From assembly GCA_965215505.1 (NCBI GenBank), contig OZ244065.1, forward strand, positions 6,016,001 through 6,080,000: 64,000 nucleotides of DNA, in the 5' to 3' direction. Positions 17,252 to 27,235 of this stretch are shown piece by piece (the stretch's first letter is position 1; each line of letters starts with the position of its first letter). The stretch comes from Capsulimonadaceae bacterium (GTDB lineage Bacteria > Armatimonadota > Armatimonadia > Armatimonadales > Capsulimonadaceae). Position numbers and translations under genes: made by a program. Under the pieces are notes generated by a model, which saw only the letters and a list, made by a program, of their open reading frames with translations, had not been told where the DNA came from and searched no databases.

Positions 17252-17506
17252 ATGATGGCGACAACGCTGGAAGAGCATGTGAGCGCGTTGGAAGCGCAGT
17301 TAGCGCGTCTGCTGGCGGAGAAGCAGGCGGCGAACACCGACGCCCCTTGGCGGCAACGGCAGTTCGGGGCCTTCCAGAACGATGAGATCTATGATGAGGC
17401 GATGCGTCTCGGCGCAGAGTACCGCCGCTCTCAGCCGACGGCGGCAGAAGAGATCGAAGCACTGGAAAAGGCGGGCGTCCATGTACCCCTACCTGATGGG
17501 CAGTGA
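17252..17506 (+). CDS. Hypothetical small coiled-coil protein
   Basis: Purine-rich SD; LEEHVSALEAQLARL...PW...GAFQNDEIYDEAMRLG; overlaps the nth start. Confidence 0.6.
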   Translation: MMATTLEEHVSALEAQLARLLAEKQAANTDAPWRQRQFGAFQNDEIYDEAMRLGAEYRRSQPTAAEEIEALEKAGVHVPLPDGQ

Positions 17507-18174
17507 CCACTAGGGAGCAAAAGCCTATGCCGCCTGCGCCTAATGATGTTCGCGCCGTCATGGACACCCTCGCCGCCACCTACCACGGGCGCGGGGCGGT
17601 GGAGCTAGGCGACCCGTACAAAGTGCTAGTCGCCACGGTCATCTCGCAGCGGACGCGCGAGGAGCAGACGGCGGCGGTTTCGGAGCGCGTCTTTGCCCGC
17701 TACCCGGACATCCCCGCCCTTGCCTCCGCCGAGGAGCCGGAGCTGTATGATCTTCTGCAAGGCAGCGAGTACCGTGAGGAGAAAGCGCCCCGTCTGATCG
17801 TCATGGCCCGGCTCCTGCGCGACGAACACGGCGGCGCGGTGCCGGACACCGTGGAGGCGCTGCTGACCCTGCCAGGCGTCGGGCGCAAGACAGCCAACTG
17901 CGTCCTGATCTACGCCTTCAGCAAGTCCGCCCTCTGCGTGGACACGCACATGCACCGGATCACGAACCGGCTGGGTTGGGTGACGACGAAGACGCCGGAC
18001 GCGACCGAGAAGGCACTGGAAAAGGTCATGCCGCCCGACCTGTGGGCGGGCAGCAACCGCTTGTTCTTGCAGCATGGCCGGGCGATCTGCCTGCCGTCGG
18101 TCCCGGTCTGTTCGCGCTGCCCGATTCGAAGTGGATGCGCCTACGGGCAGGTCGGTCAGACGAAGAAGCGGTGA
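17503..18174 (+). CDS. nth: Endonuclease III (HhH-GPD, 4Fe-4S)
   Basis: LPGVGRKTAN, VDTHMHRI, C-x6-C-x2-C-x5-C. Confidence 0.9.
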   Translation: MTTREQKPMPPAPNDVRAVMDTLAATYHGRGAVELGDPYKVLVATVISQRTREEQTAAVSERVFARYPDIPALASAEEPELYDLLQGSEYREEKAPRLIVMARLLRDEHGGAVPDTVEALLTLPGVGRKTANCVLIYAFSKSALCVDTHMHRITNRLGWVTTKTPDATEKALEKVMPPDLWAGSNRLFLQHGRAICLPSVPVCSRCPIRSGCAYGQVGQTKKR

Positions 18175-18989
18175 TGGGAGAAGGCAGCAGGCTGGGGAAG
18201 AGTAGAATGCAGACCTCGAAACTACGGCAATGGGGACCGCTCTGGGGACACATCAAGGCGATAAGGAAGAAGCCCAAGAGCAAGTCCCAGAAGGTCACGG
18301 AGGCGCTGATGCTGACGCTCCTGCTTGCCTATCTGCTCCTCCTGAGCTTCCCCCAGGTGGTCTTCGCCCGGAGCGTGACCTATCATAACTTCCGGGTCTA
18401 CTCCACCGCCCCCATAGACGGCAGCATCTACACGGACTTGGACAAAGCCGAGCGGAAGCTCGCCGCCTCGGAGATCAACGACCCCCGCGTTTCCTACCGT
18501 GTCTTCCTGTGCCCCAGCCATGCCGCCTTCGCGTTCTTCGCGCCGGGAGCGCGCACGGCATTCGCCGACAACCTGCCATTCGTACACAACATCTTCGTGA
18601 ACACCGCCGATGTCAAAGCGGACGTGGTGACGACGGGCACGGGAGAACACGACCGGCGCACCCTGAGCGGCGTGATCGCCCACGAATGCACTCACACGCT
18701 CCTGGCAGGGCGGTTCGGGCAGGTCCGGATGCTGCGGACGCCTTCCTGGAAGCAGGAGGGCTACTGTGACTACGTCGCCCAATCCACCTCATTCGACCGG
18801 GCAGAGGGGGAGAAGCTGCTGAAGCAGGGTGGCAGCGACCCCTCGCCGTCGTTCTTCTACTTCAAGGCATTCACGGCCATTGCCGACCTGAAAGACCGGC
18901 GGCATTGGGGCGTCACCCGGATCATGGACACGCCGCTGAGTCTGGACGAGGTAGTCCGGGAGGCGGTGGGACGGAAAAAGCAGGACTAG
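18174..18989 (+). CDS. Hypothetical membrane-anchored protein with HExxH zincin motif
   Basis: One TM segment, IAHECTH...W..EGYCDY. Confidence 0.6.
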   Translation: MGEGSRLGKSRMQTSKLRQWGPLWGHIKAIRKKPKSKSQKVTEALMLTLLLAYLLLLSFPQVVFARSVTYHNFRVYSTAPIDGSIYTDLDKAERKLAASEINDPRVSYRVFLCPSHAAFAFFAPGARTAFADNLPFVHNIFVNTADVKADVVTTGTGEHDRRTLSGVIAHECTHTLLAGRFGQVRMLRTPSWKQEGYCDYVAQSTSFDRAEGEKLLKQGGSDPSPSFFYFKAFTAIADLKDRRHWGVTRIMDTPLSLDEVVREAVGRKKQD

Positions 18990-19416
18990 CGGGGAGCATC
19001 TTGCGGAACATGTGGCTCGTCTTGGCCAGATCGTAGCCAATGCTTTGGTAGAACTCGTGCGCCTCGGTCCGGTGCAGGCCGGAACGCAGGCGCACTTCGG
19101 AGTAGCCGTTTGCCTGCGCCCACGCCTCGGCCTGCGCCATCAGGGCGCGGCCTGCGCCCCGCCGACGCGCTCCGACGTCCACGACCAGGCCACCGATCTC
19201 GGCGAAGAAGCGCGGGGAAATGAGCATGTGGACGCCGAAGACCTCCACCCAGCCGATTACGCCGCCGCCCTGTTCGGCGACGTAAAAGCCGTGGTCAAGT
19301 GCGAAAGACTCAAGCCGCTCCGCGATGAGCGATGGCGGAGTGTGGTCGTAGCCGAGCTGTGTACACAGCGCCGCGACGGCGGCGGCATCGGCGGCGGCCA
19401 TTGGGCGAATTAACAT
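18922..19416 (-). CDS. GNAT acetyltransferase
   Basis: LVVDVGARRRGAGRALM, AHEFYQSIGY. Confidence 0.85.
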   Translation of the reverse strand: MLIRPMAAADAAAVAALCTQLGYDHTPPSLIAERLESFALDHGFYVAEQGGGVIGWVEVFGVHMLISPRFFAEIGGLVVDVGARRRGAGRALMAQAEAWAQANGYSEVRLRSGLHRTEAHEFYQSIGYDLAKTSHMFRKMLPASPAFSVPPPPGLPRPDSAACP

Positions 19417-19455
19417 AGGGCATTCTACCCGGTTGTCCGAAAAAAAGAGGCCCGC

Positions 19456-19935
19456 ATGCAGCCGCCGGAAGACAGTCTAGACCTACTCATCCGCCGTGCC
19501 CGGCGCGACGATGTGCGGGAGATCGTCCGGATGCTGGCCGATGACCCTTTGGGGAGCCAGCGCGAGCAGTTCCAGGACCCGCTCCCGCAAGCCTACTATG
19601 ATGCCTTTAAGGAGATCAACGCGGACGCGCACCATGAGCTGGTCGTCGCCGAAAGGGACGGCACGGTCATCGGCACCCTGCAACTAACCTTCCTCCCCGG
19701 CATCGCCCGATTAGGCGCTAAGAGGGCACAGATAGAAGCCGTCCACGTTGACGCGCGCTGCCGTGGCGAGGGGATCGGGCGCGCTCTTCTACTCTGGGCC
19801 ATCGGCCGCGCCCGGCAGGAAGGCTGCCGGCTGGTACAGCTCACGACCGACAAAAGCCGCCACGGCGCCCACCGCTTTTATGAACGGCTGGGCTTCGTCG
19901 CCTCGCATGAGGGCATGAAGCTATTGCTGCCTTGA
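19456..19935 (+). CDS. GNAT acetyltransferase
   Basis: [29 protein letters not shown]. Confidence 0.9.
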   Translation: MQPPEDSLDLLIRRARRDDVREIVRMLADDPLGSQREQFQDPLPQAYYDAFKEINADAHHELVVAERDGTVIGTLQLTFLPGIARLGAKRAQIEAVHVDARCRGEGIGRALLLWAIGRARQEGCRLVQLTTDKSRHGAHRFYERLGFVASHEGMKLLLP

Positions 19936-19954
19936 TTTGACCAGGAGAATGATT

Positions 19955-21607
19955 ATGGCCCTGTCCCCGCTCGCCGGGAAACCCGCCCCGCACGACCTAT
20001 TGACCAACATTCCAAGGCTCATCGCCGCCTACTACACCGAGAAGCCGGACCCCGCCGAGGCGGCGCACAGGGTTTCCTTCGGCACGTCGGGGCATCGCGG
20101 CTCGTCGCTCAAACAGACTTTTAACGAGGACCACATCCTGGCGATCTGCCAGGCCATCGCCGAACAGCGGGCGGCGGAGGGCGCGACGGGGCCGCTGTTC
20201 ATGGGCATGGACACGCACGCCCTGTCCGAGCCGGCCCACCGGACTGCCGTTGAAGTCTTCGCGGGGAACGGCGTGGAGGTGCGGATACAGGCGGGCGGCG
20301 GGTACACGCCGACGCCTGTGATCTCGTTCGCCATCCTCAACTACAACAAAGGCCGGACGGCTGGGCGGGCGGATGGCGTCGTCATCACGCCCTCGCACAA
20401 CCCGCCGGAAGACGGCGGATTCAAATACGACCCACCCTCCGGCGGTCCCGCCGACACGAACACGACGAAGCGCATCCAGGACCGGGCGAACGCCCTGCTG
20501 CAAGGCGGCCTGGTAGAAGTCAAGCGGCTGTCGTATGCGAGTGCGCTCCGAGCCGAGACGACCCAGCCGCATGACTATGTGACGCCCTACGTCGAAGCTC
20601 TGGCGACCGTCATCGACATGGAGGCCATCGCCAAGGCCGGGCTGAAGATCGGGGCGGATCCGATGGGCGGGGCGGGGCTGGCCTACTGGGAGCCGATCAA
20701 GGAGTGCTACAGGCTGGACATAGATGTTGTCAACCCGAACGTGGACCCGACGTTCGCCTTCATGACCGTGGACAAAGATGGCAAGATACGCATGGACTGT
20801 TCCTCGCCCTATGCCATGGCGTCTCTGATCGGCCTTAAAGACCGCTACGATGTCGCATTCGGCAATGACCCGGACACGGACCGGCACGGGATCGTGACGC
20901 CCAGCGCGGGCCTGCTGAACCCGAACCACTACCTCGCCGTCGCGATCTCCTACCTGTTCCAGAACCGCCCCGACTGGCGGGCCGATGCCGCCGTGGGCAA
21001 GACATTGGTGTCCAGCGGGATGATTGACCGGGTGGCCGCCTCCCTGAACCGGCCTCTGGCCGAGGTGCCGGTGGGCTTCAAGTGGTTCGTCGAGGGGCTG
21101 CTGGATGGCAGCTACGGCTTCGGCGGCGAGGAGAGCGCCGGGGCCTCGTTCCTGCGCCGCGACGGCGGCGCATGGACGACGGACAAAGACGGCATCATTC
21201 TCGACCTGCTGGCGGCGGAGATCACGGCGAAGACGGGCCGCGACCCCGGCCTGCACTACGCAACCCTGACCGAGCGGTTCGGTGCCCCCGTCTATGAACG
21301 CATGGACGCCCCCGCCACGTCCGAGCAGCAAACCATCCTTTCCAACCTGTCGCCGGAGCAGGTCAAGGCCGAAGAACTGGCCGGCGAGAAGATCACCGCT
21401 CGGCTGACCCGCGCTCCCGCGAACGACGCCCCCATCGGCGGGCTGAAAGTCGTGACGGAGAACGGCTGGTTTGCCGCCCGCCCTTCCGGCACGGAGCCGG
21501 TTTACAAAATCTACGCCGAGAGCTTCTTGGGCGCGGATCACTTGCATCGTATTCAGGAGGAGGCGCAGGAGATCGTCGGCGCGGCCTTCCGGGCGGCGGG
21601 CCTATAG
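19955..21607 (+). CDS. pgm: Phosphoglucomutase (alpha-D-glucose-phosphate specific)
   Basis: [41 protein letters not shown]. Confidence 0.96.
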   Translation: MALSPLAGKPAPHDLLTNIPRLIAAYYTEKPDPAEAAHRVSFGTSGHRGSSLKQTFNEDHILAICQAIAEQRAAEGATGPLFMGMDTHALSEPAHRTAVEVFAGNGVEVRIQAGGGYTPTPVISFAILNYNKGRTAGRADGVVITPSHNPPEDGGFKYDPPSGGPADTNTTKRIQDRANALLQGGLVEVKRLSYASALRAETTQPHDYVTPYVEALATVIDMEAIAKAGLKIGADPMGGAGLAYWEPIKECYRLDIDVVNPNVDPTFAFMTVDKDGKIRMDCSSPYAMASLIGLKDRYDVAFGNDPDTDRHGIVTPSAGLLNPNHYLAVAISYLFQNRPDWRADAAVGKTLVSSGMIDRVAASLNRPLAEVPVGFKWFVEGLLDGSYGFGGEESAGASFLRRDGGAWTTDKDGIILDLLAAEITAKTGRDPGLHYATLTERFGAPVYERMDAPATSEQQTILSNLSPEQVKAEELAGEKITARLTRAPANDAPIGGLKVVTENGWFAARPSGTEPVYKIYAESFLGADHLHRIQEEAQEIVGAAFRAAGL

Positions 21608-21631
21608 TCTATCGGGCACCATGCTATTAAT

Positions 21632-21767
21632 ACCATGCCATGAATGGCACGGCTAGACAGCCTTCGGCTAGAAAGCACCGCTTCGCGGGGCTAAGACTCT
21701 TTTCTGAGTGCCGCGAAGCGGTGCTTGGTGGCCGAAGGCCGTCTAGCCATGTGTTTCAACACATGGT
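21632..21767. repeat. REPIN-like long hairpin element, family A copy 1
   Basis: Terminal REP-like palindromes accatgccatgaatggcacggcta / tagccatgtgtttcaacacatggt and inner arms gcaccgcttcgcgg / ccgcgaagcggtgc; related to 32581..32717. Confidence 0.8.
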
Positions 21768-21798
21768 CCTATTTCGTAACATGGCCTCTCCTGGCGGC

Positions 21799-21827
21799 TT
21801 GACATCCCGGCACCCATGGGCGATAAT
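21799..21827 (+). promoter_or_regulatory. Sigma70 promoter, probably giving a leaderless nadE transcript
   Basis: TTGACA-N17-GATAAT, then 6 nt to ATG 21834; no SD. Confidence 0.7.
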
Positions 21828-21833
21828 GGACCC

Positions 21834-23891
21834 ATGAACGCTCCGTTCCACTCCATCTATGCCCACGGCTTCGTCCGCGCCTGCGTCTGCATTCCCTTCC
21901 TGCGCGTGGCCGACCCCGACTACAATGTTGCCCAAACGCTCGGGCTGGCCCGGCAGGCGTCGGACATGGGCGCGGCCGTCGCCCTGTTCCCCGAACTCGG
22001 TCTGTCCGCCTACTCCAATGAAGACCTGTTCCATCAGGACGCCTTACTGGAAGGGACTCTGGCCGCGCTGGAACACTTCGTAGACGAGAGCCGCGACCTG
22101 ACCCCGCTCCTGCTCGTCGGGGCACCCCTGCGCTTCGGCGGCCAACTCTTCAACTGCGCCGTCGCCGTCTACCGGGGCCGGATACTTGGCCTGACGCCCA
22201 AGTCCTATCTGCCGAACTACCGGGAGTTCTATGAGAAGCGTCAGTTCACATCCGCCCGCGACGCCGTCAGCCGCGAGGTGACGCTGCTCGGCCAGCGCGT
22301 CCCGCTGGGCAATGACCTGATCTATCAGGCCGAGAACGTCCCCGACTTCGCGGTCCACACCGAGATCTGCGAGGACGTCTGGACGCCCGTCCCGCCCTCC
22401 ACCTATGCTGCCCTGGCCGGGGCAACCATCCTCGCAAACCTCTCCGCCTCCAACATCACCATCGGCAAGGCCGAGTACCGGCGCGACTTGTGCGCCTCCC
22501 AGTCGGGCCGGTGCGTCGCCGCCTACCTGTACTCGGCGGCGGGGCCGGGCGAGTCCACCACCGACCTTGCCTGGGACGGCCACGCGCTCATCTACGAGAA
22601 TAACGAGCGGCTGGCCGAGACGGAGCGATTCGCGGCCCACGAGCAGATCATCGCCGCCGACATTGACCTGGAGAGACTCGCCCAGGACCGGATGCGGCTG
22701 ACCTCCTTCCAGGACTCGGTCGGCGACCACAAAGACCGCGTCCGCGCCATGCGCCGCGTCCCTTTCACCTTCCAGACCCCCGACGGCGTCTCCGCGCTGC
22801 ACCGCTCCGTCGAGCGCTTCCCCTACGTCCCCAACGACCGCGCCGTGCGCGACGAGCGCTGCTATGAGGCCTACAACATCCAGGTTCACGGCCTGATGAA
22901 GCGGCTCCAGAGCGCGCGCATCGAGAAGATCGTCATCGGCGTTTCGGGCGGCCTGGACTCGACCCACGCCCTCATCGTCGCCGCCCGGACCATGGACCGG
23001 CTGGGCCTGCCGCGCCAAAACATTCTCGGCTACACCATGCCCGGCTTCGCCACCAGCAGCGGAACTCGCTCCAACGCCCTGGGTCTGATGGACGCCTTGG
23101 GCGTCACGTCTCACGAGATAGACATCAAGCCATCCTGCCTCCAGATGCTGCGCGACATCGGCCACCCGTTCATCGGCGGCGAGCCGGTCTACGACATCAC
23201 CTTCGAGAACGTCCAGGCCGGGGAGCGCACCTCGCACCTGTTCCGCCTGGCGAACTTCCAGAACGGCCTCGTCCTCGGCACGGGCGACCTGAGCGAGCTG
23301 GCCTTGGGGTGGGCGACCTACGGTGTCGGCGATCACATGTCCCATTACAACGTCAATGCCTCGGTTCCCAAGACCCTCATCCAGTACCTCCTGCGCTGGG
23401 TCATCGCCACCCGCCAGTTCAGCGGCCAGGCGAGTGAACTCATTCAGGCCATCGTGGACACCGAGATCTCCCCCGAACTCGTCCCGCATTCTGGTGAAGC
23501 TGACACCTCGCCCCTCCAATCCACCCAGGAGAAGATCGGCCCCTACGAGCTGCAAGACTTCCACCTCTACTATACGACGCGCTACGGCTTCCGCCCCTCC
23601 AAGGTCGCCTTCCTCGCCCACAATGCCTGGGCCGACAAGACGCGCGGCGCGTGGCCCGACCCGTTCCCCGACGACAAGAAGAACGAGTACGCCCTGCCCG
23701 CCATCAAGAAGTGGCTCGGCCTGTTCCTCTTCCGCTTCTTCCAGACCAGCCAGTTCAAACGCTCCGCCGTCCCCAACGGCCCCAAAGTCGGCTCCGGCGG
23801 CTCCCTCTCCCCGCGCGGCGACTGGCGCGCGCCCTCCGACTCGGAGGCAACAGTGTGGCTCAAAGAACTACAAGAAAACGTGCCGGACTAG
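21834..23891 (+). CDS. nadE: Glutamine-dependent NAD(+) synthetase
   Basis: Nitrilase-type domain ([26 protein letters not shown]) plus [33 protein letters not shown]. Confidence 0.96.
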   Translation: MNAPFHSIYAHGFVRACVCIPFLRVADPDYNVAQTLGLARQASDMGAAVALFPELGLSAYSNEDLFHQDALLEGTLAALEHFVDESRDLTPLLLVGAPLRFGGQLFNCAVAVYRGRILGLTPKSYLPNYREFYEKRQFTSARDAVSREVTLLGQRVPLGNDLIYQAENVPDFAVHTEICEDVWTPVPPSTYAALAGATILANLSASNITIGKAEYRRDLCASQSGRCVAAYLYSAAGPGESTTDLAWDGHALIYENNERLAETERFAAHEQIIAADIDLERLAQDRMRLTSFQDSVGDHKDRVRAMRRVPFTFQTPDGVSALHRSVERFPYVPNDRAVRDERCYEAYNIQVHGLMKRLQSARIEKIVIGVSGGLDSTHALIVAARTMDRLGLPRQNILGYTMPGFATSSGTRSNALGLMDALGVTSHEIDIKPSCLQMLRDIGHPFIGGEPVYDITFENVQAGERTSHLFRLANFQNGLVLGTGDLSELALGWATYGVGDHMSHYNVNASVPKTLIQYLLRWVIATRQFSGQASELIQAIVDTEISPELVPHSGEADTSPLQSTQEKIGPYELQDFHLYYTTRYGFRPSKVAFLAHNAWADKTRGAWPDPFPDDKKNEYALPAIKKWLGLFLFRFFQTSQFKRSAVPNGPKVGSGGSLSPRGDWRAPSDSEATVWLKELQENVPD

Positions 23892-23922
23892 AGATGCCCA
23901 AGAGGCAAGCCGAAGGTAAACC

Positions 23923-24303
23923 ATGCCGAGTCTGAGTTTCGCTGCCGCACTCGTCGGCTTTTCAGGGCTGGCTCTGCTGATACTCAGCGCGATGGAGTTC
24001 CGCAAGCCTCTGCCGATTGCAAAGATGACCGGACTTACATGGCTGCTCTTTGCTGTTGCCGCTGATAGCTTCTCGGCGTCCCTATTCATCATGGAGAAAT
24101 CTTGGCACCTGCCGAATGCTCAGAAGCCCTGGCTGCTGATGAACGCGCTTGGCGGCATCGCTTTCACCATTACGGTGTTGGCCCTTCTAACGCTGGTGCG
24201 CGTCGTTGCGGCCAAAGAAGCGGAAGCAAGACAGCAAGCCAAGTCGGCAAGCGAACTGCGCCCGATGGAAGGTGTGTGGCCGCCTCCCCCTATGGAGCCA
24301 TGA
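23923..24303 (+). CDS. Hypothetical three-TM membrane protein with C-terminal EGVWPPPP
   Basis: AAGGT SD, three hydrophobic segments, lower GC. Confidence 0.7.
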   Translation: MPSLSFAAALVGFSGLALLILSAMEFRKPLPIAKMTGLTWLLFAVAADSFSASLFIMEKSWHLPNAQKPWLLMNALGGIAFTITVLALLTLVRVVAAKEAEARQQAKSASELRPMEGVWPPPPMEP

Positions 24304-24493
24304 GGAAAACCGACCTTGAAAGGCCGGCCTACTGCTGAATGAAAGTGCCTCCGGCAATGAGGATAATCTGCCGTAGGGGCGCTGCTTGCTACGGCCTTTT
24401 TCCCGTCGCGCTATTCTCACGTCCTCCCTTCTTCAACCCCGGAGAGGTTTTCATTCAAGAGTAGGCCGGCACTTCCAGCGCCGGTTTCTCCTC
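24302..24493. repeat. REPIN-like element, family B copy 1 (with internal GTAGGGG REP)
   Basis: Ends gaggaaaaccgaccttgaaaggccggcctactgctgaatgaaa / tttcattcaagagtaggccggcacttccagcgccggtttctcctc; right end matches 45120-45155. Confidence 0.7.
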
Positions 24494-24543
24494 CACATGT
24501 GATACAATAACCGCAACACCTTCACCTAACGGAGACCCCGTCC

Positions 24544-25953
24544 ATGCCTATAGCAGCAGAGTCCGAGACACCCGCCTACCCCTCCCTGCGCGCGCTCCAA
24601 ATAGAGGCCAGCAGCGGGAAGAAGCCCAAGATCGTGACGCAGATGGGGGACTGGCAGTATCTGGAACGCTCCCTGCACCGGCTGGTGACGGCGTGGGCGA
24701 GGCACTTCACTGACTGGGAAGACAAGCGGGCGGTCTGCCGGCACGTTTGGGAGCAGGCCGAATGCGTCCGGCGGCTGCGGGAGCGGCTGACCGAGTTCCC
24801 CGGCACGACAAGCAACCTGGACGCGCCAGTCTCGGGGAAACTGGAGGCGCTGGCGAACACCGTCCTGCTGGCCCCGTCGCATGAGGACGCCGTGGACGGC
24901 GTGTACCAACTGCTGACGGGCGCCCTGGTGCGGTCCTACCTGCATTATGTGGAGCACGCGCACCCCGTCCACGACGCGCCGACGACCGCGATGCTGCAAG
25001 AGATCGTGAGGATCAAGGAGGGGCAACGGCTCTGGCTCCGCGACTGCCGGCGGCGGCACCCGCACACGACTGACGCGGCCTACAAGGCGGCGGTGGAGAC
25101 GGCGCTGGCGGCCTGCGGCGACATCCACGAGGCACTCCCCGTGGAGGGCGCGGGGGCGCGGCCCGTCGGCGTCGGCACGGACTTCCGGCTGCCATCGCGG
25201 GCGGGGGTGCCTCCGGGCAGCGAACCGCGCCACGACTTCATGCCGTTCCTCGAGGCCGACTTCACGGACAGCATCGAGGCGCGACGCCTGTTCTGGTGCT
25301 ACGGCTACCTGCTGGAACAGAACCTCGCCGACGACCAGATGCGCTGGCTGTGGGACGCACCGGACATGCCGTGGGAGTTCTTGCAGGACGTATCCCGGCA
25401 CCTGTGGGACGAGTCCCGGCACGGCGATTCGGGCCACTCCCGGCTGCTGGACTTCGGCATCACGGTCCAGGATGTCGGCTTCGCGAACTACGGGACCGCG
25501 CCTGAAGAAGCGCCGGGTATTGCCAAACCGATGTCGGCGGACGACTTGTACGAGGTCGTTTTCTTCATCGGCATGTGCGCCGAAACGGGCCACTTCCCCG
25601 TCAAGCACGAGGCGTATGCGGACTTCAAGGCGGGGGGCGATCTGGAATCGGCGGAGATGATGCTGTTCGACATCATTGACGAGACGACGCATGTCCAGTA
25701 CGCCCACCGCTGGCTGCCCCTCCTGGCCGAGCGGGCGGGCCGTGATCTGGGCGACTTCAAGGAGCGGGGGCAACGGGAACGGCAGCGTTATCAGGCGTCG
25801 GCGGATACGCGGCTGGCGGAGCGGAAGGGTCTGCCGCGCGACCCCGACAACCCGGACTACGCCTTTTACCAGCATCTCCTGGGAATCATGCGCGAGAAGC
25901 AGCCGCTGTCCAACGCCGAGACCTGCCCGCCGCGCTCGTTCAAGCCGATGTAG
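24544..25953 (+). CDS. Ferritin-like (DUF455-type) di-iron protein with tandem ferritin-like domains
   Basis: RHLWDESRHG, AET, DIIDETTHV in the C-terminal half; degenerate RHVWEQAEC in the N-terminal half. Confidence 0.7.
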   Translation: MPIAAESETPAYPSLRALQIEASSGKKPKIVTQMGDWQYLERSLHRLVTAWARHFTDWEDKRAVCRHVWEQAECVRRLRERLTEFPGTTSNLDAPVSGKLEALANTVLLAPSHEDAVDGVYQLLTGALVRSYLHYVEHAHPVHDAPTTAMLQEIVRIKEGQRLWLRDCRRRHPHTTDAAYKAAVETALAACGDIHEALPVEGAGARPVGVGTDFRLPSRAGVPPGSEPRHDFMPFLEADFTDSIEARRLFWCYGYLLEQNLADDQMRWLWDAPDMPWEFLQDVSRHLWDESRHGDSGHSRLLDFGITVQDVGFANYGTAPEEAPGIAKPMSADDLYEVVFFIGMCAETGHFPVKHEAYADFKAGGDLESAEMMLFDIIDETTHVQYAHRWLPLLAERAGRDLGDFKERGQRERQRYQASADTRLAERKGLPRDPDNPDYAFYQHLLGIMREKQPLSNAETCPPRSFKPM

Positions 25954-25968
25954 GGCAGGCTCGGGGTC

Positions 25969-25993
25969 GTAGGGGCGAACCTTGTGTTCGCCC
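25969..25993 (+). repeat. GTAG-type REP
   Basis: GTAGGGGCGAACCTTGTGTTCGCCC, one mismatch to the copy at 45030..45054. Confidence 0.75.
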
Positions 25994-26017
25994 ACCCTCT
26001 CCCCGACGCCCTGCTTT

Positions 26018-27181
26018 CTACTCCCGCATCGCCTCCGGGTCTACCCCCACGCTCCGGCACCAGGCCCGGTAGGCGTCCGGCGCGATCTCTGACGGCTTGA
26101 TCTCGCTGCGGCCCCCCCAGAAGACGTTCGTGTAGCCGACCGGGATGCCGACACTCTCCAGATGCGCGTCCATTGCGGCTTTGTGGGCCAGCAGGACCGA
26201 CTTGTCCAGGCCGTGCGCGACCCCCATGATGTTGACGTTCCTAAACTCCGGGCCGCCCTCGCGCCAGTAGGCGTGGGTCATGATGTGGAACCGGCCCACC
26301 TCGCGCCCCGCCTCGATCTCGCGTCCGACGGGCACCGCCCAGTGGAACAGGGCGTTGTAGCGGGTCACGCGCTGGTCGCCCGCCGTCGGCTTGACGTGTT
26401 CCAGGAACGTCGAGAAGCGCCCGATGACGCCCCGGTCGTGCAGTGACGTTGCGACCGTCAGGAACGTGTCCAGATCAACACCAGCCTCGGCGGCCCGCGC
26501 CCGCCACAGGTCCCGGACGATCTCCTCCGGCTCGAACTCCCGCTTCAGAGCCGTCAATACCTGCCAGTCCAGGTCACTGAGCTGGACGATCTGCGTGTCC
26601 AGCACCTCGGCGGGGACATCGGCTTTGCTGCCGATGGCGAGGCCCTTGCGGCGGATGTGGCCGACGCCCAGGGCGAACAGGCGGTTCGCGGGCATCAGGC
26701 GGTAGCTCTCGGCCCCGATCTTGGCAGCTAAGAAGTCCGCGTGCTTGACCAGCGAATAGCCCTGCGGCACCTTCAGCGTCGTCCACAGCCGGTACTGCGA
26801 GCCGGGCGTGGCGGCGTCCGCCGAGCGGATGACGACGTGGCCCGAAAACGGGTCCTGGTCGAAGAGATAGGAGAAGGCAGCATCCAGCCTGTCGGCGGGC
26901 ACCTGCCAGGCGACGAGCGAGCCTTGCGCCAGGTTCGTCGCCATGAGCGTCTGCCGGACGCGGCGGATCGTTCCTGCCCGCAGCATCGCCTGGATGCGCT
27001 CGATCACGACCGGCAGGGGGACCTCGGAACGGGCGGCGATCTCGCCGAACGGGTCTGGCGTGAAGCCCTGGATGGTGTCTTCCGAAACCGCCAGGATGGC
27101 CGCGTTGACGGCGTCGTCTATCTCGGCGGGGATGCTCGCTTCGGGGACCCGCGACGGGGTGGGGGCAGCTAGTGTCGTCAT
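26018..27181 (-). CDS. Fused AhbA/AhbB (NirDL-like) Lrp/AsnC-fold protein, possible siroheme decarboxylase
   Basis: Two wHTH-plus-ferredoxin-like modules (PFGEIA..GTIRRV, HVVIR; GVIGRF, THAYWR, GVAHG). Confidence 0.65.
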   Translation of the reverse strand: MTTLAAPTPSRVPEASIPAEIDDAVNAAILAVSEDTIQGFTPDPFGEIAARSEVPLPVVIERIQAMLRAGTIRRVRQTLMATNLAQGSLVAWQVPADRLDAAFSYLFDQDPFSGHVVIRSADAATPGSQYRLWTTLKVPQGYSLVKHADFLAAKIGAESYRLMPANRLFALGVGHIRRKGLAIGSKADVPAEVLDTQIVQLSDLDWQVLTALKREFEPEEIVRDLWRARAAEAGVDLDTFLTVATSLHDRGVIGRFSTFLEHVKPTAGDQRVTRYNALFHWAVPVGREIEAGREVGRFHIMTHAYWREGGPEFRNVNIMGVAHGLDKSVLLAHKAAMDAHLESVGIPVGYTNVFWGGRSEIKPSEIAPDAYRAWCRSVGVDPEAMRE

Positions 27182-27235
27182 ACCGTTATTGTACCCGAAA
27201 CGCCGCCTTCGCCCCTTTGCGGGTACAATGGGACT
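27182..27235. promoter_or_regulatory. Divergent pair of leaderless promoters
   Basis: CGGGTACAAT-N6-ATG on both strands within a 54-nt intergenic region. Confidence 0.7.
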
